Shown here: piece by piece, positions 22,601 through 34,600 of the stretch
Layout of the letters: the number at the start of each line of letters is the position of its first letter
Position numbering within the stretch: position 1 is the first letter of the stretch
Assembly (NCBI GenBank): GCA_964035545.1
Contig: OZ037773.1
Span: 2,571,751 to 2,635,750, forward strand
Source: Bugula neritina
Lineage: Eukaryota; Animalia; Bryozoa
Length of the DNA: 64,000 bases
Reading direction: 5' to 3'
The notes under the pieces: generated by a model
Database searches by the model: none
What the model saw: only the letters and a program-made list of their open reading frames with translations
Told to the model about the DNA's origin: nothing
Program-made: the position numbers and the translations under genes

Positions 22601-25600
22601 ATAATTTGAATATAATATATTAAAAAATATACATATTATAATACACTATAATAATTCTATTACACTAATGACATAACTCAAATGTTACAATAATTGTTAA
22701 AATATTTTAAAAGTCCTTTTCAATTACTAACAATCATCTAACTTTATTACTAGAATGTGGATTTTTGTGAGTGGGAAATCCCATTGTGCAATATCTGGGT
22801 TTTCCTGTAGACTATCCTGTTGTATTATTTCAGCACGTGTTTCTCATGACTCACCCAAACTCTGTCTCTCCCAGTGCCACTGCATTCACTTGCCTCTTAC
22901 AAGTACAGTTTCATACCACCAGACCATCTCTGTATGCGACTCTGTTGGCTCAACCATCTTTACTATTTCCAATGCGGAGGAAGGTGCCCAGCAACTCAAT
23001 TTGGCTAAATCGGTTTTACCAGAGTTTGTTACCAGCATCTGGGTTAACTTTGGTGAGTTCTGATCATTTATTAAGTTTTACCCATTAAACTTCATTACAA
23101 TGAAAATTAGTTGTAAAACATTTACTTGCCAATGTAGTAATTCTCTTCTATCAAAAAATGACTGTTTTCCTTAAAAATTAAAAATATAATCTTATTAAGA
23201 AATTCTAAGTGAAATTAGTTTTCCACTTTCCATAAATTTATTTGAAATACAAAGTTGATTGAAATCTCTACAATTTGAAAATTGAAACTGGCCGAATGTC
23301 GATGCAAATTTTGTAGAACTGAAACTAAAAATGTGTTGTTTATGCAACAACCTTCAATGCAGAGTATCAAAAGCCTGGGGGTAAAAATATTAATTGTATT
23401 GAATTTAACAACTATTAAATTTCTAACTGATGGGGCTATAAGATTATAAGTATCACAATTCATTTATGTTTTAGTAATATGTTTGTAGGAGGTAAAGTTA
23501 TGCAGGTAAAACTGGTTGTCATATTGGGTTTCTGTGTGCACGTGGTACCGTTTGCTATATTGATGGCTTTTCCATATATGATTTTAATATTATATTTTAG
23601 CTAGATATATATACATATATTTTATACTTTTGCTTTTATTAATGTTTTCTCATCAGAGCTCTACAAATTCTTCTACGAATATAATTATTTAGCTTACTTG
23701 AGTTTGCTAAAAAATTTGTTTTTTTGTTGCTTTGGTTCTAGAAAACGATGGGTGATGACTCCGTATAATGTTTGATATTAGTGGTTGTGATAAAGTATAG
23801 CTCTGTATATTCTAGGAGGATATCCATCAAGAGTCAATTGTATTCAAAGGTAGAGAGTTGAAACAGAGCTATCCTCTCTCAGTTCTAATCTACAACATGG
23901 ATGACTCAACCTGGAAAGTGGTTCATGATGAGTTTTTGATAGCATCTTACCCTCTCTGTCAAACAATGTCAAACCCTGTCAATAGTAGGTCTGATTCTAT
24001 CATAACATCTTACCCTCTCTGTCAAACAATGTCAAACCCTGTCAATAGTAGGTCTGATTCTGTCATAACATCTTACCCTCTCTGTCAAACAATGTCAAAC
24101 CTTGTCAATAGTAGGTTTGATTCTATCATAGCATCTTATCTCATCTGTCAAACAGTGTCAAACCCTGTCAATAGTAGGTCTAATTTTATATAAAGTTTAC
24201 AAACAAATGCTGATGAACCCATCTCTCTAAAGTTGATGCCGGTGGAAGATGTTAGTTTGGTGTCAATGACTCTATGATTGACTAATCTTTACATGTTGAA
24301 ACATCCTCTCATATTTGAGTGCATATAACTAAGTCACAAGTTGAATTACTAATTATGTCATATTTTGTGCATTTAGATGTTGAGTTTTCTGATACATAAA
24401 AATTAATTACAACATTTTAGCCCAAGGTTCTACAGACAAAGAGTTGCTCTCAATGACGACATGTGGAGATAACGCAGAATGTCAAGAAATATTTTACCCC
24501 GGATGTCAAAGAAGATTGTTGTGTGAAGAAGCAAAAAAAGGAAGCTGCTGTCTATTTTCACAACTAGTAGAACTCGGTATAATCACCTCAGACCTGGAGC
24601 AGCTCAGTCAGATGGACTTCAATAGTATGTGGAGAAGAGCGTGTGATATTCTTTGTTGTTTAAATTCGTTTTCAATTTGATTTATGAATAGCCTCGAGTT
24701 TTACATTTGAAACAATTGCAAATGTTTTTATTTTGTTAAACTAAGGAAGGCAAGCGGTGTTAGGTGTTTCATAAAGTCATGTGATCTGTTAGCTCTGTGT
24801 ACTTCCTGTTTTATTTAGAATTGCAAAAGCTGGATTGTTTGGTAAAGGAAGACGTTGGTATGATGACAGTACAATGTGTCTCTAGTAAATGGGTTGTGTC
24901 CTCCTGCAGTAAGAAAGTAGGTGAGTATTATTTGTTACTATTTCTATTGCAAAGACTTTTTTGTACTAATGTGTTTAGAGTTGTCTTATTTATGTATATT
25001 GGAAAATGAAGTTTCTCACCATAACCGCTTTAGTCCTTGCGGGTAGTGAGGTTTGCAAAAAAGTAACGTGCAATAGTTTTTCACCAGTATGAAGCTTTGT
25101 GAAGAAGTTTAGGCTCGTTCAGCCACATATACAGGTCTAATTTTTGGTATATGTTATGTTTTCACTTGCTATTCAACCAGTTTTCGTTTCCTACACGCAA
25201 CAAAACGTGTTTATCATAATACTACCTAAAACAGTGTTACAGAAAGATATGATGTGTTACAGTGCAGAAATGTGCTGCTGAGGTAGTGCTGCCGTTACTA
25301 TACACTGTGCTGGACACGAGTGCACTTGATAATGACACATACGTTTCCGGTGACATCATGCTGCTGGACTGTGATAATGAGTACACAGACACTGAGCCAG
25401 ACAAGCTGCCTCGTCGGTTCACTTGCACCGACAGAGGCTGGCAACCGGCGCTCACTCAACTCAAAACTGACGATTGCACGGAAAAGGTAAGATAACTCTA
25501 AGTAGTGAGGATTTAAAATATTACTCGGTGTCTGCTTGATTTTTCAGCTTTCAACTCACAAATAGATGTTGGAAATGATATTCTAAAACATAATACAAAA

Positions 25601-28600
25601 TTCAATAGAAAATTTAATATAAAATATTTTTGTAAAAAGCTATAATCTTAGAACCAGCTGCTCAATTGGAAAGTGAATTATCTAAGATTTGTAGCTTCTG
25701 AATGAAAACCTTAATTTGTTGTATCTTAAGACATAAAGTAAAATGTGTAGTTGAAACTATGCAAGTGGCTGTTATTTAAAGATTTGCCCATTGTAACCAA
25801 CAAAATATTCTCGTGTCATAACCATTTAGCAGGTAATTTTTGTATACAAGTACAAAATTTCTATCATCTTAGCAGGTTTTTCTTGTATGCAGATACAAAA
25901 CAACGCTAAAGTTAATTGGCTGTATGAGCCCAATACTAGGATGTGTTATGGCTTACTACGGACAAAGGTAACTTACGATGACGCTGTTGATTATTGTGAA
26001 CAGCTAGAAGCTTCTCTCGCTAAGATTGAGAGTGGAGCAGCTAGCAAATTTGTGACTAATATTATAGCCAGGTTTACCACCAGGAAGTCCGGATTTTGGA
26101 TATCCGGGTTATGTATGTAGGTATAGAACTTATACAGTATGCTCACATCTGGCTAATCTATCTCTAGTAACTTCTATACACAAGTGTAGTTAGACTATAT
26201 TAAAATACGTATCTCTAGTAACTTCTATACACAAGTGTAGTTAGAATATATTAAAATATCTATCTGTAGTAACTTCTATACACAAGTGTAGTTAGAATAT
26301 ATTAAAATACGTATCTCTAGTAACTTCTATACACAAGTGTAGTTAGAATATATTAAAATATCTATCTGTAGTAACTTCTATACACAAGTGTAGTTAAAAT
26401 GGAAATAGAACTCAAATCATAGAGAGTTCCAAGTGGGCTTAATTCATTACCTTTAATTATTAAGAGAAGAGAGATATTGTTCTTTATATAGATATGAGAA
26501 CAAATTGCAATGTACATCAAGAGTTGTTCACCTTTTACTGAGCTTCTCTGTTCAGTTTCAGGAATAGTTATAAAGTACTGTTGGGTTGAATTATTGAAGA
26601 GATTCTAGATAGTTACATAAGAGTTACACACAATATTTTTTTTTAAAATTAAATCTGTGATTTATCTGCATAAAAAACATTTCACTATTATGGATATGCT
26701 TGTTTATTACTTTTAACTAACTTTGATTGCTAATGGAAGACAAATCCTAAGGAATGCGAATCTACTAACTGCAGCTCACTTGTCACACTGTGTCAAACTA
26801 TGTCACACTATGTCAAAGACTTTTTCCCCTATTTCACACTCTGTCACACTTTGTCACACCAAGTCACACTCTGTCACACTTACTATGTTTCTATGCTTTG
26901 AATTATACGAATAGATTTTTTCCGATGTATGGAGACAGTGCAAATAGAATAAAATTACAACCACAAAAACAGTGCGATTTTTTCATGCGTTGAAATTCGT
27001 ACGAGCAAATTTATGGATTCATTTGATGCATAGAAACGTAGTAATAATCACACTGTAATATTTTTCCACAATAATATGACAGACTTCATCCCATACTGTC
27101 ACTTTATTGTCTTTGTCACTTTTATCATTTTCAAGTGTGATCAAAAGCATTTTTATAACGAAAAGAAAACGCTTGAAAGTTATTTCAATCAATTATTTAC
27201 CTATGACTCAGCTTGCATAGTCTAAAATTTATATCTATTTTAAGGTTGTATAAGTTTTTAAACTATTTAATTATGCAGCTGCATATATTCTCAAAATAAA
27301 AGAGGGCCCCGTAAGTAACACCTACACAGGCGTGTATATAGAAGTTGCTGGTTTCAGATGTCTCTGATATAGCCCAGTTCATTCACTACGATGGCTCAAG
27401 ACGAAACTATCTCAACTTACCAAATTCTTGGAAGGCTCAGGATGATGAGTGCTTGCAAATGTCTTTTAATCAGTTTTGGCAAATCAAAAATTGTGAAGAA
27501 AACTCTCAAAAATTTGGAGCCATCTGTCAAATTTCTAAAGGAAAAAGAATTATCAGTCAGTACTATTATTTACCAGACATAATTTCTCTTGAGATTTTAT
27601 TGTATCAACTGATGTTGTTTAATAAAATGACAAACTAAAACTTTAGCAAAAGAAGCCATGAAACAAGCGTAGAATTTATTTTGTGTTCTGTTAGCGTGTT
27701 AGGTATGTTTAGTATATTCAGTCAACTGATGAACATATTTCTATGCTAAAGCAATCTTGTGCTTTTCTTTAACAAGAGCAGGTTATTCCTAAAACAAAGG
27801 TGTAATCTATTGTGAAACAGAATCTTAATTTACAACTCAACTTCATGAAACTCTATTTGCTAGGTATATTTTAATATGACTACTTTACACACTAATTATA
27901 AGTCATTATTATAATAACAAAATAAATATATTTTGAAAAATGATGTGTAAATATTGCAACTTATATGTGTTTGATGCAAGTACCACTTAGCGCTTCTCTT
28001 ACATACAGAAGTTTTACAGTTGAATTTTTATTTAATATATTCCCTTTGATAGCTATAAACTGTATTAAATATTATTGTACACTGTGATTCTAACTAATGG
28101 ACTGTAAAAAGTATAAAACATTTGTTCTCACTGGGGTTCGAACCTCAAGACTTCCGGTCTTGCTGGCTAAGGAGCTAGCCATTACACCACAGGGGCCACT
28201 GGGTAAACTTAAACTACACTAAACACAGTCATTTAAACATTAACTATTACGTTCCCAATGATAGCTTATGAAATTCTTAATCTTAATCAAAGAGATCAAT
28301 TCCTTACTCATTAGTCATTACAAATTTGAACATTGCAGATGTGTTGATAAACTATTCAGTACTGTTTTTATCAGATGATAGGAGGTCTTCTAGAATCTTG
28401 CACCCCAAAGTTGTATTGCTACTATGTTTGGTTTGCAGTGAATGGCTGGAATAGTTGGCAGTCCTGGTCTTCCTGCCTAGTCAGCAATATTCGTGTGCGA
28501 GGGAGAAATTGTAAGACCAACAGTAAACGCTGCTTCTACTGTCCCGGCAAAGTCTTTCAGACAGAGCAGTGCTGTCCAAAGTTTAGTGAGTACAGAATGC

Positions 28601-31600
28601 CTTAGCTGAGGAAATCAGACTAGTCTATTGTTTACATGATCTCTTGCTTTGAATCTATTCCAAAGAAACCAGAGTGTTAGTATAGTTAATTTGATAAGCT
28701 TTGAATTTTCTTGTTAAAGAATACACACCCAACACGTATTACACGGAAAGGGAGTACTATACAGTAGGAATGGATGTGACGTATAACTGTGACGTTGGGT
28801 TTATCAATGAAGACGGTACAGAGGGTTCTACTGTCCTCACATGTCTATCAGATGGTAGCTGGTCCGGAAGTCCTCCTAAATGCTTAGGTAAGTTGTGGTG
28901 TACTGGATGTTGTGCAGTAAAATGGGGCTTGCAAGAGATTATTGGGGATGAAATAGAACGGTTTGATTGAAATTTTAATTGCTACATCAGAATTTGAGTG
29001 CTTAAAAATTAGAGAACAACTGTACATTTGTGTGAAATATACTATTCATTATTTACTTTAAAGCTTTTTGTTATTATAATATAGTTACTCGTAACAACTT
29101 GTGCAATTACATAATAAATCACATTGTTTTTTCAATCAAGCAAAACGCTGCAAGATAGAAGAACTGACAACTCCAAGGGGAGCTAACTCCTACATATTAC
29201 ATCATAGCTCTGTGACGGAATATTACGCCGGGCTCGTAGTGTATCGAATATGTAACCAAACTGGTTTTGTTTTCGAAGGCCTAAATACTAGCAAATTGGA
29301 GATTAAATGCAGTTCTGTAGATGGATGGAGTGATGATTCCATTTACTCTTGTGAAGGTTACAGTTCTGACTGTAAAGTTTTTATTTCTGTTTTATTTATT
29401 GTAAGGTATTTAGTGTGTATGAATCATAATGGCAGAAGTTTCTGATGTCTGGCTTATTGTTTAGTTGTAGGCAATGTTTTTTGTAAAATGCTACTTTTTT
29501 AAATATTATATCAAACTTTATACGATTTCGTTAAATAGTCATGCATTTAAAGGTGTAGCTACTGACGACACAAAAAATATACCTTGTATGAAACATCTTG
29601 CAAACAAACATTCATTAAAAACCACATAAACTGTTTATTATCTCTCAACTAGTTTTTTGTTAATTAATTTTATTAACTAATTGAAACAGAAATAATATTA
29701 TGCTCAACAGCGTTGTTGTTACCTTAACTTTTATTTGCAGAGATATCATGTGGAGAAGCACCCAGGATTTCCTATGCTGTACGGAATAAGACATTAAAAT
29801 ATTCCACAAGAGAATTACCCAATCAGGAAAGCCGACTCATCTACTATGGTGATCAGGTGGTGTACACATGCAATGAAAACTATCATCACGCTGGCACCAA
29901 GCAATTCTCTTTAACCTGCCAATCAGATGGTACTTTCGACAACACTGATGTACAGTGTATAGGTAAAAATATATGTCTGTCTGTTTGTCTCAGTTTGTGT
30001 CACATTTTCTGTCTGTTTGTCTTATTGTTTGCATGTTTCACTGCCTGACACTCTGTATTTGTCTTACTATATGTTTATCTATATATTTAAGTAAACTTCA
30101 ATTTAAAACTAGTTAAGTGTTAATGTTAATGTTAAAGGATGTTATTATAAGAATGTTGCAGGCACTATTGGCTATTCTCACTTTAACTTCTGCACATTCT
30201 ATTGGTGGTTATAGAGAAGACGTGCAATAAGCCGACATCTGAATTGCCAAAGAACTCGTATATAGAGGAAGTTGAGTTTCCTGTGGAGAAAGGTCGGGTG
30301 TTGAGTCTGATGTGTGCGGAGGGATTTGCACTCAACGGTGTGTTCGGTGAGACAACTCAGCTGATCCAGTGTGTGGAGATCAACAGATGGCAACTGGTGG
30401 ACTATAAGCCATGTTTAGGTGAGTTTCTCCTTTGTACTTACACTGTACTTAAACATCTGTACATCTATTTACATGAAGTTTTACTGTCTTACTGTCTATT
30501 CTGAAAGGTTTCGACAGTGAGAAACAGTTTTCGTAAATATATTCGCTATTTATCAAACTAACTATATATGAGCATACGGAAGTGCCATTCATGAATAACT
30601 GGCACAAATTATAGTTACGGTACTACAGTTCTGCTGTTGAAAGAATTTTAGGAAAATTTGTCAACAACCGTTACAACCAAATTAATTGTGTTTGTGCTAG
30701 AATAAGCTGCATATCCAAACTTAACCAAAGTAGTAAAATTTACTTCTCCATAACTTTTATGCTCTAGCAAACTACTTGACGCAATGACTGTTAGCCTAGG
30801 GCCACACGGCGCGTATTTTCGCATGCGAAAATTGAAATCACAAGTAGCAAAGGTGTCCACTGTAGCGTCAGTGATGCATGATAAATAAAGCTTTCATTTT
30901 TAAATCGCACTCGCTTTCAATAAAACGCAATTTACTGGAATGTAGCACTAAAATAAAGAAGTTGGGCTTGCTGAATAACCATCAGCCAATTAGGTGACGA
31001 CGACAGAGACGATTCGCACTTGCGTTGAGAATGCAGACTGACAAGTGCGAAGGTTTTCTCAACGCGCACAGTGGACACCTTTGCTACTTGTGATTTCAAT
31101 TTTCGCATGCGAAAATACGCACCGTGTGGCCCTAGGCTTAGTGTTAGTCGACTGTGGTGGTACCAGTTATTGTAGTTGCACTAGGTAACTGAGATGGTAC
31201 TAACTAACTGAGGTGGTACTAGCTAACTGAGATGGTACTAACTAACTGAGGTGGTACTAGGTAACTGAGGTAGTACTAGGTAACTGAGATGGTACTAACT
31301 AACTGAGGTGGTACTAGGTAACTGAGGTAGTACTAGCTAACTGATATGGTACTAACTAACTGAGGTGGTACTAGGTAACTGAGGTAGTACTAGGTAACTG
31401 AGTTGGTACTAGCTAACTGAGGTGGGAATAGGTAACTGAGGTGGGAATAGGTAACTGAGGTGGGAATAGGTAACTGAGGTGGGAATAGGTAACTGTAGTA
31501 GTAGTGCTACTAAATACTTGACTACATGTGTTTGGTTTAGTTGTTCATTGTCCTCATCCCGGTGAGTCATTTGGCGTTGAGTCGATGACAGCCACGGACA

Positions 31601-34600
31601 AGCAGACTATTGGTGACACAATCCTCTACCTCTGCTCTGATGGTAAGATGGACTACCGCACACGCTCTGCTGTTGTAGAAATCACTTGTCTGGCCAATCT
31701 TACCTGGTCAGGACCTCCTGGCAACTGCTCAGGTAAGGTGCACTCCACCTTGGTCGCTCTTTTGGTCTCTTTATTACCACAACAGCAAGCATCTAGCTCA
31801 TTGAATTCATTATTAATTTTATATTTTTAATAATATTTACTGTTTGAACAACGGAGCAGCCATAGTCTAGGCCCTAGGGGCTTGGGGGTCATAGGTTCGA
31901 AGCCCAGTAAAGTAACATTGGTGATGTTAGAAGAACATCTGGACATAATTGCTCCCGTGTCTCATCTGAATAAGTCTTTAGTCCAATTTAACAAAAACCC
32001 TTTCCATCAAGGGTTTTCTCACATACAGGGATAGTGCATATAAACTTGCGTGAGCTTTTTTATTTACTGTTTGTACAGAAATTATCTGCAAAGAGCCAGG
32101 CAATGTTGAGTTTAGTACAAAAGAAGTCACTGGATACAAGTATAAAGATAAGGTATTTAAACTAAACACATTTCAGTCCGTACAAGTAATAATTGTACAA
32201 AACATTTTGTTTTAGTACTGCTGATGTCTGGGTGTCATCTTCTGCCCACAAAATTTTAAACTAATAAAATAATAGCTGAAATATATATTTATAAACCAAC
32301 CTTTTTATGCTTTGACCTAGTTTCAGTGTTTAAACAAACAATGTACATAAGAATAATATATTATGGAAGCCAAGTATTTAAACCAACTGTAAATAATAAA
32401 ACATTGTTTTGATCAATTGGGTCTACAAAATATGGTTTCTTCTGTAAGCATATGAAATGCATGTATCTCCCTAACTTAAAACACACATCTTGTAATGTTA
32501 TTAATGAAATATTTATAAGTGGATAGTATTTAGAAGAGAATATCCATGCCTAGGTAGATTTAAAAATGTATTCTATACGTTTGAAATAAACCATCCAATG
32601 TATGCACTTCTAGATCACATACAGATGTTTGATTGGATACATTCTCGCTGGGACAATAAACACAACGTCAAACACTCTCACCTGTCAACGGAATGCGGAG
32701 TGGGACAAGTCGTTAGTCGACTGCATTGTAACCACACCTTTTGTAAGTTAGGAAAAGTATAGGTGGCATCCAAGCTATCACCCGCAATATGTGCAACCCT
32801 GAAGCTATGATAATTAATTTTTGGTGATATAAAAAACAAAACTCTCACTAAAGTTGCATGCAGTCTATGCTTTTTAAAATGGAAATTTGTTTAATTTATG
32901 CCATGTTTTGTAAGTTATATGTTTTAGGGCAGCTATAATGTCTACGAATTGAAGATATCAATAAGCAATAAGTTTGCTTGTTTCATTAAGAGTTGTTCCC
33001 ACAACAAATTCTTTTCGTTGTAGAAAAGCTTTGTATACATATCAATTTATGTAATAATATGTCATAGATGAAAGAGTGTGCATAAAGCCAATGAGGCGAC
33101 TAAGCCTAGGGCCACACGGTGTGTATTTTCGCATGCGAAAATTGAAATCACGAGTAGCAAAGGTGTCCACTGTAGCGTCAGTGATGTGTGATAAATAAAG
33201 CTTTCATTTTTAAATCGCGCTCGCTTTCAATAAAACGCAATTTACTGGAATGTAGCACTAAAATAAATAAATTAGGCTCGCTAAATAACTACCAGCCAAT
33301 TAGGTGACAACGACAGAGACGATTCGCACTTGCGTTGAGAATGCTGAGCGACAAGTGCGAATGTTTTCTCAACGCGTACAGTGGACACCTTTGCTACTTG
33401 TGATTTCAATTTTCGCATGTGAAAATACGCACAGTGTGGCCCTAGGCTAATAGTAAATATATAAAAGTGTGCTAACAACATATAGGAGAAAATAGATCAT
33501 TTTGTAAGGCATGTTTCTCTACTCTGTTTCCACAGCACTCTCTGAAGATTGAGAACTTACAGGGATCTATGCTCACAGTTTCTCTCATAAACAAACCAGA
33601 CTACAAAGAAATTTCAGTAAAGTACTGGTTGCAGGCTACAGGTAAAGAAGATCCAGCATGTCTGCTGTTAGAGTAGAACTGCAAACTAACTGAAGACAGT
33701 CCTTGAAGTCAAACTAATAATAAACTGTTTTCTAGGTTTCTTAAGAAAAGATTTGACTGGGAGAAACTTTACTTTAGAGGAGCAATGGGAAGTAATGAGA
33801 ACAGGGATCATGTACTTACCTATAGAATTACCAACTGGCTTCTTTTATTCTTTAACTGTAAGTCGCTTTTTTGTTCACTGAATAACTCTGTGATCTAGGT
33901 ATCTAATTCAGTGAACTTTAAAGTTACGTTTATACCTCTGCTGAAAAAAGTCCCGAGTTTCAGTTAATAACACAAATTGAATTTCTGACTGAAAATTGTG
34001 AAGGTATAAACAAAACTTGAGATTTTGCGATATAATTCTTTCCTTCTAAAAGCATTATTCTGTAGAGATCAAAATTCATTCTGTTTATTTGCATTTAAAG
34101 TTGCCATTTATATTTTGGAATTTGTCTAATTAATGATTTCCCACTTTCTCTTACTGTCGGCCATGAATAATGGTAATATGATACCACCACTCATGTTTTG
34201 AACAGTTCAAGAGTACTGTCGGCATCCTGGGAAATAGTATATACAGCGTGGCCTTGACAGAGGACTTTCTCTATGTCCCAGGAGCCGAGCCTCAGGTCCA
34301 TCCTGGCTTATCTATCAACAATAGCGTACCAATTTTCAAGTATTTAACTCTTTAAAAATTTATAAGCAGTTGTGGAGAAATTGAGATAGCCTAAGTTCTT
34401 TAATTTTATTATTAAATTTTGCTTCAGTGCGAGTTGAAATTCTTGTGAAAACATAATTTTTCTTTCTACATTTTTAATATAGAACACAAGCTTTTTTCAA
34501 TTTCTCCATAACTGTGCCTACCTCTTTTTATAACTCTCCATGTATTTTTATATTTTTGTTTTCTTTTGTTTGTTGCTTTCTCACTTGTCAAGGAAAAGGA

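Noticed and set aside
22754-22766. Apparent microexon tag|aatgtggattttt|gtgagt in gene A
   Set aside because: Inclusion shifts the frame to a stop, I found no equivalent in paralog B, and direct splicing from 22530 to 22834 is in frame.
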